Shown here piece by piece: positions 37,807-45,760 of a DNA stretch of 64,000 nucleotides; the stretch's first letter is position 1; each line of letters opens with the position of its first letter. The notes below the pieces were generated by a model that did not search any database, had not been told where the DNA came from, and saw only the letters and a list, made by a program, of their open reading frames with translations. Both the position numbers and the translations under genes were made by a program. Source of the stretch: an uncultured Eubacteriales bacterium (GTDB lineage Bacteria; Bacillota; Clostridia; Christensenellales; CAG-1252); assembly GCA_902797685.1 (NCBI GenBank), contig CADBTQ010000007.1:7290-71289 (forward strand), in the 5' to 3' direction.

Positions 37807-39855
37807 ATGACCGATCAAGAGTTTTGGGCGCAATACGGACAGGGGCTCAACGCCAAGCAGCGTGCCGCCGTGAGTCAGATCACGGGGGCGGATCTTTTGT
37901 TGGCTGTCCCCGGCAGCGGCAAAACCACCGTGCTCGTCCACCGCGTGGGCTACATGGTGTTGGTCGGTGGGGTCGAGCCCGAGCATATCCTCACCATGAC
38001 CTACACGGTCGCCGCCACCGACGATATGCGGGAGCGGTGCGCCGCTATCTTTGGGCACGAGTTGGCGGATAGGGTCAACTTCGGCACCATCAACGCGGTG
38101 GCTTTGGAGGTGATCCGCTATTTCGGTGAGGTCACGGGACGGGAAGCGCCGCCACTGTATCCCGACGAGAGGTTGGTGGGCGGTATCGTCGCGGGACTAC
38201 TGCGTAGGCAGGGCAACTATTTTCCCACCGAGTACGATTTGAGGCTCGCTCGCACCGCCATCACTTACGTCAAAAACCAAATGCTCAACCACGGGGAATA
38301 CCGCACGGTCGAGGCGGGGGAGATCGACGTGGAAGCCTTGATGGACGGCTACGAGGAAGCCATGCGAGAGGCGGGTTGGATGGACTTCGACGACCAGTTG
38401 GTGTACGCTCACCGCATTTTGTCCCACTATCCCGCCGTACAGGCGTATTTTGCCGCCAAATACACCCATATCTTGGTGGACGAGGCGCAGGACACGTCCA
38501 AAATACAGCACGCCATCATTCGCCTGCTTGCGGGGGACAAGCCCAACCTGTTTATGGTGGGGGACGAGGACCAAAGTATTTACGGTTTCCGCGCGGCGTA
38601 CCCCGAGGCGTTGATGGACTTTACCAAAGACTACGAGGGCGCCACCGTGGCGTACCTCGACCAAAACTACCGCTCCACCCAAGGGATCGTGGAGATCGCC
38701 CAGCGGTTCGTGGGCAAAAACGTCAATCGCCGTCCCAAACGCATGGTCGCCGTGCGCGACGTGGCGGGCGGGGTAGAGAGGGTGCAACTGGGCACGCGGT
38801 CGGATCAATACGACTACCTCGTCAAGGTCGCCGCCGCCGTCCCACGCGATACCGCCGTGCTGTATCGGGACAACGAGTGCGCCATTCCCTTGATCCAACG
38901 GCTGTTTAAGCAGGATATACCCTTCCGAGGGGTGGGCTTCAATATGGCGTCCTTTTTCGATCACCGCTCGGTGCGGGACGCGTTGGATATTATGGAGTTT
39001 GCCTTCTTCCCGCGGGACAGGGAACGCTTTATGCGCATCTATTCCCGCTTGGGCTGCCGTATCAAGCGCGAGGACGCCGACTACGCCTGCAAGCAAGCCG
39101 CGGGCACGGGTACGCCCATCCTCAACGTGTTGCTTCGCCGTTACAAATCCCAATACGCCAAAGCCGCCGACGTGCTGTCCGCCGTGGACGCTTTGATCGC
39201 CATCTCCAAGTGCGGCACCGCCGAGGACGCCTTGGCGATATTGGTGGAGCATTTTTGCCGCGCGGGCTCCACTTGGCTCAGCCCCAACAAACAGTATATC
39301 CTGTCCTCGCTGTCCGAGGGGACCAACGTCCACCCGATGGCGTTCCGCACCCATCTCAAAAGCTTGGCTGCCAAGATCGACGGGCACGTCAATCCCCCGT
39401 TAGGGATCATCTTGTCCACCGTCCACAGCGCCAAGGGATTGGAGTACGACGACGTGTACTTGATCGACGTGGTCAACGGGGTGTTCAACGCCCGTCAGCG
39501 CCGAGAGGAGCAGGAAGGCGACCCCGAAGAGGACAGGCGGCTGTTTTACGTGGCGATGACCCGCGCCAAAAACCATTTGTACGTTTTGAGCTACCGCGAC
39601 CACTCAAGCGACTATGCGAGCGAGTTGTTCGGCAAAATGCTCGCCCCCAAACCCAAAGCCGACTCCCGCCTCGCCGATTGGTGCGAGACCCACAAGGCGG
39701 GACATTACGTGCGCCACCGCAAGTACGGATTGCTCCGTATCGTCGCGGTAGACCAAGGCGCCGAGGACGCTACCGTGACCTTGGACGTGGCGGGCGCTCC
39801 CAAAAAGTTTTCACTCAAAGCCCTCTTGGACAACAAGATCATCTCGGACGAATAA
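37807..39855 (+). CDS. UvrD/Rep/PcrA-family SF1 DNA helicase (682 aa)
   Basis: Motifs AVPGSGKTTVL, ILVDEAQDTS, FMVGDEDQSIYGFRAA, QNYRST, TVHSAKGLEYDDVY and LFYVAMTRAK. The C-terminal ..GHYVRHRKYGLLRIVAV.. resembles the UvrD/PcrA Tudor-like tail. The start was placed at MTDQEFW (37807), because the 37549 start would read through the hairpin array and terminator. Confidence 0.85.
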   Translation: MTDQEFWAQYGQGLNAKQRAAVSQITGADLLLAVPGSGKTTVLVHRVGYMVLVGGVEPEHILTMTYTVAATDDMRERCAAIFGHELADRVNFGTINAVALEVIRYFGEVTGREAPPLYPDERLVGGIVAGLLRRQGNYFPTEYDLRLARTAITYVKNQMLNHGEYRTVEAGEIDVEALMDGYEEAMREAGWMDFDDQLVYAHRILSHYPAVQAYFAAKYTHILVDEAQDTSKIQHAIIRLLAGDKPNLFMVGDEDQSIYGFRAAYPEALMDFTKDYEGATVAYLDQNYRSTQGIVEIAQRFVGKNVNRRPKRMVAVRDVAGGVERVQLGTRSDQYDYLVKVAAAVPRDTAVLYRDNECAIPLIQRLFKQDIPFRGVGFNMASFFDHRSVRDALDIMEFAFFPRDRERFMRIYSRLGCRIKREDADYACKQAAGTGTPILNVLLRRYKSQYAKAADVLSAVDALIAISKCGTAEDALAILVEHFCRAGSTWLSPNKQYILSSLSEGTNVHPMAFRTHLKSLAAKIDGHVNPPLGIILSTVHSAKGLEYDDVYLIDVVNGVFNARQRREEQEGDPEEDRRLFYVAMTRAKNHLYVLSYRDHSSDYASELFGKMLAPKPKADSRLADWCETHKAGHYVRHRKYGLLRIVAVDQGAEDATVTLDVAGAPKKFSLKALLDNKIISDE

Positions 39856-40012
39856 CTTTCCGCGCCCGGCTTTTTGATATTTTTTGAAAAAAATCCCTTT
39901 TGGGCGGGACAAAACGCCTTGCAAAATCGTCTATCTTTATGAGAGGTGGACTCTCCGTGTTTTGTAACGAATAGCACCGCTGTTGCATTTCCCGCAAACC
40001 TTGCGGAATTAC

Positions 40013-40112
40013 GCCATTGACGGCGCACGTTCCATTGGGTACAATAGAGTAGGATACTATGAACGCAAGCACTTATACCATACCCCCATATAGCGACGAG
40101 TACCTTGCCCAA
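40013..40112 (+). repeat. Promoter+leader repeat R1 (100 bp; 3 mismatches to 41393-41492)
   Basis: Aligned by eye with an offset of exactly 1380 bp. Mismatches at 40031, 40091 and 40094. Confidence 0.9.
40017..40045 (+). promoter_or_regulatory. Near-consensus promoter TTGACG-N17-TACAAT inside R1
   Basis: Hexamers read directly. An ATG lies 13 nt after the -10. Confidence 0.55.
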
Positions 40113-40163
40113 TTTGATTGGATAGAAGCACTTAATCGGCTTTTCTTCGCAGGAAAAATGTAA
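40059..40163 (+). CDS. Possible 34-aa leader peptide, variant 1 (MNASTYTIPPYSDEYLAQ-FDWIEALNRLFFAGKM)
   Basis: Hand-translated. It shares its first 18 codons with 41439..41612. No SD sequence and an almost leaderless position; coding status is uncertain. Confidence 0.25.
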   Translation: MNASTYTIPPYSDEYLAQFDWIEALNRLFFAGKM

Positions 40164-40184
40164 TTCGGAGGGATATATAGAATC

Positions 40185-40526
40185 ATGAGTACTAATCCAA
40201 CAGACAACATGAGATATTGGCTTGTGATCCCCTTTATGGGCTTGTTTGTTGCGCATAGGCGCAGCATGCAATATTTGCAGTACAAACGACGTTATGATAG
40301 CAATATGGCAAAGAAGCAAATACTCAATATGCTTCTATGCGTCCTCACTGGCGTCATTACAATGGTCGGTTTTACGATAGCGATCGCTTTTTTGATACGT
40401 CTTTGGGTAAATGAGCCATTAAAATGGGGAAAGCTTATCGTTATGATCGGATCCCTGATCGGGGGTTGGTGCGCCGGTTTGCCATGTATAGGGTGGCTTG
40501 CCTATATCAAAAAAATGTGTTTGTAA
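40185..40526 (+). CDS. Small membrane protein, unknown function (113 aa)
   Basis: The ORF track protein has about three hydrophobic helices. GGAGGG lies upstream. The region is AT-richer. Confidence 0.55.
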   Translation: MSTNPTDNMRYWLVIPFMGLFVAHRRSMQYLQYKRRYDSNMAKKQILNMLLCVLTGVITMVGFTIAIAFLIRLWVNEPLKWGKLIVMIGSLIGGWCAGLPCIGWLAYIKKMCL

Positions 40527-40616
40527 AAGAGGTGTTATCATGAAGTATATTTTACTTCATTCTTGTCTTATTTATCATATCAGGGGCTCAATCAAATCAA
40601 TTGGGGGTTTTGATAT

Positions 40617-41339
40617 ATGGATAGGCTTTATATGTGGGTAATCTCGTCGGCGGTGGTCGTTTTGTCAAGCATCATTTTTGCGAAGACCAACAAGCGTAAG
40701 CCGCCCGAAGGAGTGGCAAACAAATATCGCGTGAAAGATACCTCGGTATTGCGCAAGTTGTTACATTTCAGGGATACCGAGCAGGAAGTGCACACGTATT
40801 TTACCGTGCTTCCCCCTTATCTCGCATTATTGGTGGCGATAGGTTGCTTGGTGATTTGGGGTGTGGATATGGGGACTAACCATGCTATAGAATCCAAACT
40901 GCCGAAAAGTGCCATCGTGGGGTTTTGGGTGTCATGGATGCTCGTGTGTGTGCTATACTACCTCGTTCTTTTTGTGTGGTGGGATATGGCTCGCACCAAA
41001 ACCCGTTCGACCAATCGCGAAGTGATCAAAATGGGGTTAGCCTTTGCCAAACAGGCAAAAAAAGCGAAAGGGGAGCAAGATGAGCTTTTTTTGGACAACC
41101 TTGTCGAAGGGAAAGATTTTGATTTTGAATGGGAGCGCAACCGCTATTACGTAAGGCATATCGACGGGGAGATGGGCGGTCCTGTGCAACTGTTTCGTCG
41201 GGAAGAAAGGGGCAAAACCTTGCTTGCGACTTACCAATCCCCTGCCGAGTTGTTGGTCGAAGGCGAGATAGGCGGACAGCCAATAGGGGATATTTATACG
41301 CAATGTAACGTTGTGCGGACGTATTCTCGCAAGGAGTAG
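40617..41339 (+). CDS. Membrane protein with a soluble C-terminal domain, unknown function (240 aa)
   Basis: TM segments WVISSAVVVLSSIIF, LPPYLALLVAIGCLVIWGV and IVGFWVSWMLVCVLYYLVLFVWW, followed by a charged soluble C-terminus. Confidence 0.6.
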   Translation: MDRLYMWVISSAVVVLSSIIFAKTNKRKPPEGVANKYRVKDTSVLRKLLHFRDTEQEVHTYFTVLPPYLALLVAIGCLVIWGVDMGTNHAIESKLPKSAIVGFWVSWMLVCVLYYLVLFVWWDMARTKTRSTNREVIKMGLAFAKQAKKAKGEQDELFLDNLVEGKDFDFEWERNRYYVRHIDGEMGGPVQLFRREERGKTLLATYQSPAELLVEGEIGGQPIGDIYTQCNVVRTYSRKE

Positions 41340-41392
41340 TCCAACTGTATATTGATTATACCGCTATTATCCTTTGTAGTTTGCAGGATACT

Positions 41393-41517
41393 GCCATTGA
41401 CGGCGCACGTCCCATTGGGTACAATAGAGTAGGATACTATGAACGCAAGCACTTATACCATACCCCCATACAGTGACGAGTACCTTGCCCAAGTGGCAAG
41501 GGTGGTTGGGGTGGCGC
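41393..41517 (+). repeat. Promoter+leader repeat R2 (left 100 bp = R1; right 59 bp = R3)
   Basis: 41393-41492 matches R1. 41459-41517 matches 44105-44163 with 4 mismatches. Confidence 0.9.
41397..41425 (+). promoter_or_regulatory. Second copy of the TTGACG-N17-TACAAT promoter
   Basis: Same hexamers as in R1. Confidence 0.55.
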
Positions 41518-41612
41518 TATTGTTGCTGTTGCATATGTACCTCAAGCGTGTCCCGTGGTCACATCAGTTGCCTTTTTTGTTGACATATATGAAAAACTAC
41601 GTAAATTGCTAG
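41439..41612 (+). CDS. Possible 57-aa leader peptide, variant 2 (MNASTYTIPPYSDEYLAQ-VARVVGVALLLLLHMYLKRVPWSHQLPFLLTYMKNYVNC)
   Basis: Hand-translated. Hydrophobic middle segment. Below the ORF-track size cut-off. Confidence 0.25.
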   Translation: MNASTYTIPPYSDEYLAQVARVVGVALLLLLHMYLKRVPWSHQLPFLLTYMKNYVNC

Positions 41613-41625
41613 CGGAGGTGTTCGC

Positions 41626-42540
41626 ATGACAATACAATATACACTTGACGATAAAAAACGTAGACGGTTATTCCAACAAATACTGTGGACACATATCAAA
41701 GCAGTGTTCATACTATTTTGCATAGCACTTGTTGTCGGTGTTGTCTGCATCGGCATTGGCTTTGGACTCAATTATCGCAACTTGTGGATAGATGGTCTTG
41801 CTTTTGTCGGGTTGGCATTCCTACTGGCGTGGATCTGCTTGGGCCATTACGCCAATGACAAGCAGTATATCTTGGGAGAGCGCAAAGGGACAAAACAATA
41901 TGAGTTGACTATCGACGAGGGTACCGTTCAACTTCTGGAGATGGACAGTGGGGTACTGGTGCGTTATAACGAAAACGATTTGCGAGTCAAAATCAAAACG
42001 GCTGACGCGATATACTTGGTGTTTGATAGGACGCAGGTGTTGTATTTTCCTCGGTTGTCCGAGATTGAGACCGTTCTACCCGATCCGCCGACTCAATCTG
42101 CCAAGAAGCGGAACAAAAAACAAATCGCTATCCTTCTCATCGCCTTGGTGGTTACATTTGCAATTATCGGTGGTGCTATCGGTTTTCTTGTTGGCGAATC
42201 GATGCAAATGAAACGATATCTGTCGGACGATACCTATCAGCAGCTGGATTGTCGTATCGTGCAGGTCTATGAAGAGTCGGGAAAACTCTGTGTCACGGTA
42301 GACATTCTCAGCGAGGGTCAAGACTTGCAACCCATTGACGGAGCCTATCGATTTGCATTTGTATCCGAAGGTGCTCGGTCGGCGGGTCTCGAAACGGGAG
42401 ACGTCGTTACTATCAAAACCACACCAAAGCGAGGCAAAGTATTGAATGCCTATTTGGCGGCATATCTTGTCAAGAATGATGTGATATACGTGGACTTCGA
42501 GACAGGCAAACACGACGTATGGCTGTGGCAAATGCAATAA
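41626..42540 (+). CDS. Membrane protein, 2 TM + soluble domain + TM + soluble domain (YcxB/bPH-like architecture?) (304 aa)
   Basis: RBS GGAGG. TM helices AVFILFCIALVVGVVCIGIGFGL and GLAFVGLAFLLAWICLG, followed by ..YELTIDEGTVQLLE..IYLVFDRTQVLYFPR... The family call is from memory only. Confidence 0.55.
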   Translation: MTIQYTLDDKKRRRLFQQILWTHIKAVFILFCIALVVGVVCIGIGFGLNYRNLWIDGLAFVGLAFLLAWICLGHYANDKQYILGERKGTKQYELTIDEGTVQLLEMDSGVLVRYNENDLRVKIKTADAIYLVFDRTQVLYFPRLSEIETVLPDPPTQSAKKRNKKQIAILLIALVVTFAIIGGAIGFLVGESMQMKRYLSDDTYQQLDCRIVQVYEESGKLCVTVDILSEGQDLQPIDGAYRFAFVSEGARSAGLETGDVVTIKTTPKRGKVLNAYLAAYLVKNDVIYVDFETGKHDVWLWQMQ

Positions 42541-42594
42541 TGTTCGTCAAGTCAACAAGCTGACGGAGTGGTGCTTTACTAGGAGTGATTGCTG

Positions 42595-43101
42595 ATGGAT
42601 AAAGTGGGGAGAATAAGAATGAACAAGCCAATATCTATAATCAAATCGGGGGATAAAGTAAACATAGAACTATTCGGGTCTACTGCCCCCGCGAATCTGA
42701 TCAATATAATGTCGCTCTTCTCATTTGAGTACCTCTTCGGCGAATTCTTTTCCGATCGGGACATCCCCAATGGCTATTGGGGGGATCATGAAAGACTGGT
42801 TAAACAATACATTGATTATAATAGACGAGGACACAAGATCATTAGAGTATGCGTGCCTCGTAGTGCGCTATCCCTTTTTATTAACTTGACGGATGCGCTG
42901 CAAACGACTATAAGCGGAACTATCGGCGAAGCGACTGACTGGGATGAATATCTTAATACTCATCAGGTGTGTGGTTCTCCCCTTACTTTTGTTTGGAATG
43001 ACAATTACAGTTCGTGCATAACTTTTGATCGCAAGCTCTATTCGCCTCAAAAGTTGATAACGGAAATACAATCCTTGCATTGGATAGAAGAAAACGTTTA
43101 A
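42595..43101 (+). CDS. Soluble protein of unknown function (168 aa)
   Basis: ORF track 42589..43101. The ATG at 42595 sits 9 nt after AGGAG. No motif recognised. Confidence 0.55.
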   Translation: MDKVGRIRMNKPISIIKSGDKVNIELFGSTAPANLINIMSLFSFEYLFGEFFSDRDIPNGYWGDHERLVKQYIDYNRRGHKIIRVCVPRSALSLFINLTDALQTTISGTIGEATDWDEYLNTHQVCGSPLTFVWNDNYSSCITFDRKLYSPQKLITEIQSLHWIEENV

Positions 43102-43107
43102 GATCGT

Positions 43108-44052
43108 ATGATTAGATTCAAAGGGATATTATCGGAAGAATGTCGTAAAGAGCGATCGCTTCGGGTTTATAAGAATCTTTTGGTCATGGGCTGGTTTGGC
43201 GTCGTCTTTATGACGGCAACAGGCGTGATCCTATGTGTGCTCAAACACACGTGGTACCCTATTATATTATCTTTGATCGGGGTCATCGGTTTGATTGGTG
43301 TGTACATAACAAAAAATAAGAATTCCGCACGTGTATATACGGTTATCGAGATCGACAATGAGTTTATCAGCGTTTTGGCGTTAGGGACGACGCGTCGCCC
43401 CGTTTCCGACGTCGATAGGGTTATCGACAGAGGCGGTTGGTATTATATCCTTTTCAAAAGAGGAGATTATACTAATAGCGTCACATGTGAGAAGAGTCTA
43501 ATAGTTGATGGGACGCTTCAGGAGTTTGAAAGCATATTTTTGGGAAAGGTCGTTACCGAAACCGATCCAAAAACTCAACCTTTAACACCCGAAGCCATAG
43601 CAAAAGAATTGTTCTTTGACAATAACGGAAATATCGAGCGCATGAAAAACAACGGATCGTTTGAGAGAATCCAACAATGTCATATCGACGATAACACGAT
43701 TCGCTTATGGAAGCAGGAGATAAAACTGAACTTACACCGCGTGATCTCGCACTGCAAAGGAAGCACGCGTGTCCATAATGTCGAAGACTACTTGTTGTTG
43801 GCGAACGAAGAAGAAAGAAGAACTCTATTGGCTCAACTCATCATCGACAAACAGATCGATAGTTTTTCACGGCTGCGCTTTTGCGAAATGGCTAAATGCT
43901 ACGTTACAGAGGATGTGTCCTTTTTGCAACTGCTCGAACAGGGGAAGGATATGATCGAGCGGGATCCATATAATATCGATATGTCGTTTTACAAAGAGTA
44001 TCCTAACACTGACTTGAGAGAGCAAACAAAACATCGCGTTAGCTTGCTATAA
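43108..44052 (+). CDS. Membrane protein, 2 TM + soluble domains (YcxB/bPH-like N-terminal architecture?) (314 aa)
   Basis: TM helices LLVMGWFGVVFMTATGVILCVL and PIILSLIGVIGLIGVYI, followed by ..YTVIEIDNEFISVLA..WYYILFKRGDY.. Confidence 0.55.
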   Translation: MIRFKGILSEECRKERSLRVYKNLLVMGWFGVVFMTATGVILCVLKHTWYPIILSLIGVIGLIGVYITKNKNSARVYTVIEIDNEFISVLALGTTRRPVSDVDRVIDRGGWYYILFKRGDYTNSVTCEKSLIVDGTLQEFESIFLGKVVTETDPKTQPLTPEAIAKELFFDNNGNIERMKNNGSFERIQQCHIDDNTIRLWKQEIKLNLHRVISHCKGSTRVHNVEDYLLLANEEERRTLLAQLIIDKQIDSFSRLRFCEMAKCYVTEDVSFLQLLEQGKDMIERDPYNIDMSFYKEYPNTDLREQTKHRVSLL

Positions 44053-44072
44053 GCTCGTAAACCGTACGTCAA

Positions 44073-44231
44073 ATGTCAGTAGATCAAAATAAAAAATGCA
44101 TAGTCATACCCCCATACAGCGACGAGTACCTTGCCCAAGTGGCAAGGGTTGTTGGTGTGGCACTCCTCGCCCGCGGCGTTTACGACGCTTGGGGCAACCA
44201 TAAGGTGCTCAATCCCGACGGAAGAGTTTGA
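44073..44231 (+). CDS. Possible 52-aa small protein, variant 3 (MSVDQNKKCIV-IPPYSDEYLAQVARVVGVALLARGVYDAWGNHKVLNPDGRV)
   Basis: Hand-translated. It shares IPPYSDEYLAQ with variants 1 and 2, and VARVVGVALL with variant 2. A terminator follows it. Confidence 0.3.
   Translation: MSVDQNKKCIVIPPYSDEYLAQVARVVGVALLARGVYDAWGNHKVLNPDGRV
44105..44163 (+). repeat. Repeat R3 (lacks the promoter part)
   Basis: 59 bp matching 41459-41517 with 4 mismatches. Confidence 0.85.
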
Positions 44232-44241
44232 TTTTCGTGAC

Positions 44242-44280
44242 AAAAAAGAAGGAGCAAGTTGCCTTGCCCCTTCTTTTTTA
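44242..44280. terminator. Bidirectional terminator (A6-stem-loop-stem-T6)
   Basis: AAAAAAGAAGGAGCAAG-ttgc-CTTGCCCCTTCTTTTTT. It lies between the cassette locus (+) and the convergent GT-B gene (-). Confidence 0.7.
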
Positions 44281-44318
44281 GGAGATATACGGTTGGTCTT
44301 ACCAACCAAGACAATGGT

Positions 44319-45758
44319 CTATTCTTTTTGGAGACCCGCCGCCAATCTCACGCACTCGTAAGCGCCGTCGTAGTAGCCGGTGGCTTTGAGTTCGTCGATG
44401 CGGTCGCACATATGGGCGAGGATCTCTTTGTCCGACAAAAGACGGTCGAACATTTCGTTGATGGACTCGGCGGTGGGGCACTCGAAGGTGCTGTCGCCTT
44501 TTTCTCTACCGTTGATGGCGCCGTACACCTCGTGTCCGCCGATATGGCGCATAAAAACTTTGGGGATGGGGTAGTACGCCAACTCGCTGGGCTTGGTGAC
44601 CAACAGATCGGACACTGGCATAAAGAGGTTGGTGGAGTACACGGCTTGGAAAATGTCGTTGTTGCAGAAGGCGTAGATACCGGTGACGTCCTTGGTGCGG
44701 ATGTCTTTGGCAAACGCTTTGAGCTTGTCGTACTCGTTGAAGAAGTTGTGGGTCTCGATGCCGCCCAACGCCTTGTTGAGCTTGTGATAGATGCCCTCGT
44801 GATCGCCGAAGTTGATAAACAAGGCGACCTTGCCCTCGTTGACGTAGGGCAACAGGTGCTTGATCATGGCGACGTACATATCGAAGCCCGCGCCCGCGCC
44901 GCCGACCGTCATGAGGATGCGCACGGGCTTGCCGGTGGCAAAGCGCTCTTTGCGCAGACGGTTGTCCTCTTCCAGGTTGACCAACAATTCGTGATCCACA
45001 AAGCAACCCACCATCTTGAGATCCTTTTCGGGGATGCCTTTGAGGGGCTTTTTGTCAAATCCGTTGAGCATCTTGTAGCCCAAGTAAGCATAGGGGGTTT
45101 GCACGGTGTGGATGGCGCCTTCCGACAGGTGCAGACCCATGGGCCAGTTGTCGGGGATGGCGTTGACCACGTGGGTCATGCCCGCATGGATAGCGCCTTG
45201 CGAAGGCCACACGTGGGTGGCGATGTAGGGGATATCCTTGGGGATGTTGCGGAAGATAGGCGCAAGCAGTTCGGAATTGGCTTGATCTTTGGCGTTGTAG
45301 CTGATCTTTTTGAAGCCCTCGCAGTTGAGGGGCTCCCACACCAATTTGTTGAACAGTTTGGACTTTTGGCTGATGCGGCTGGCGAGCGAATACATATCGT
45401 TTTGCTCGCGGATCATCTTGGAGCCGGTAGCGTCGAAGGACGCCAAGTCCAACCAATAGGGGTTGAATCCCAACGCCTTGGCGGCGGACGCCATGGCGAT
45501 GGAGATACGATAGTGACCAAATCCCATACGGATGTTGCCCACGATCAAGGCTTTGGGGTCAAACTCGTGGTTTTGCTTGTCAAACACGATGTTGTTGGCG
45601 CCGATGAAGTCTAAGGTGTCAATGGGCTTGAAACCGATCTTGTAGTCGGCTTTGGAGTCGTCTCCGTACTTCTTGACGTATTTTTGTTGGGACTTTTGGG
45701 CGGCTTTGACCGTCTTTTTGTCCATGGGGTTGCCAAAAATGACGCTGGATTTGTCCAT
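44319..45758 (-). CDS. Putative GT-B fold glycosyltransferase (MurG/MGDG-synthase-like), 479 aa
   Basis: ..GKPVRILMTVGGAGAGFDMY.. resembles the glycine-rich nucleotide-sugar loop of GT28-type enzymes. It is in an operon with a GPH sugar transporter. The family call is tentative. Confidence 0.45.
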   Translation of the reverse strand: MDKSSVIFGNPMDKKTVKAAQKSQQKYVKKYGDDSKADYKIGFKPIDTLDFIGANNIVFDKQNHEFDPKALIVGNIRMGFGHYRISIAMASAAKALGFNPYWLDLASFDATGSKMIREQNDMYSLASRISQKSKLFNKLVWEPLNCEGFKKISYNAKDQANSELLAPIFRNIPKDIPYIATHVWPSQGAIHAGMTHVVNAIPDNWPMGLHLSEGAIHTVQTPYAYLGYKMLNGFDKKPLKGIPEKDLKMVGCFVDHELLVNLEEDNRLRKERFATGKPVRILMTVGGAGAGFDMYVAMIKHLLPYVNEGKVALFINFGDHEGIYHKLNKALGGIETHNFFNEYDKLKAFAKDIRTKDVTGIYAFCNNDIFQAVYSTNLFMPVSDLLVTKPSELAYYPIPKVFMRHIGGHEVYGAINGREKGDSTFECPTAESINEMFDRLLSDKEILAHMCDRIDELKATGYYDGAYECVRLAAGLQKE

Positions 45759-45760
45759 GA

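Noticed and set aside
39705-40319. 204-aa minus-strand ORF across the helicase 3' end and repeat R1, and the 77-aa minus ORF 44076..44309 sharing LGKVLVA(I/V)WGY
   Set aside because: The shared peptide is just the reverse translation of the R repeat. The ORFs overlap a well-supported helicase gene and a terminator, and they have no RBS.
35889-44280. Prophage or integrative conjugative element spanning the AT-richer region
   Set aside because: No integrase, terminase, capsid, tail, relaxase or T4SS genes are present. The region is interrupted by a host-like helicase gene, so it is better described as several small independent insertions.
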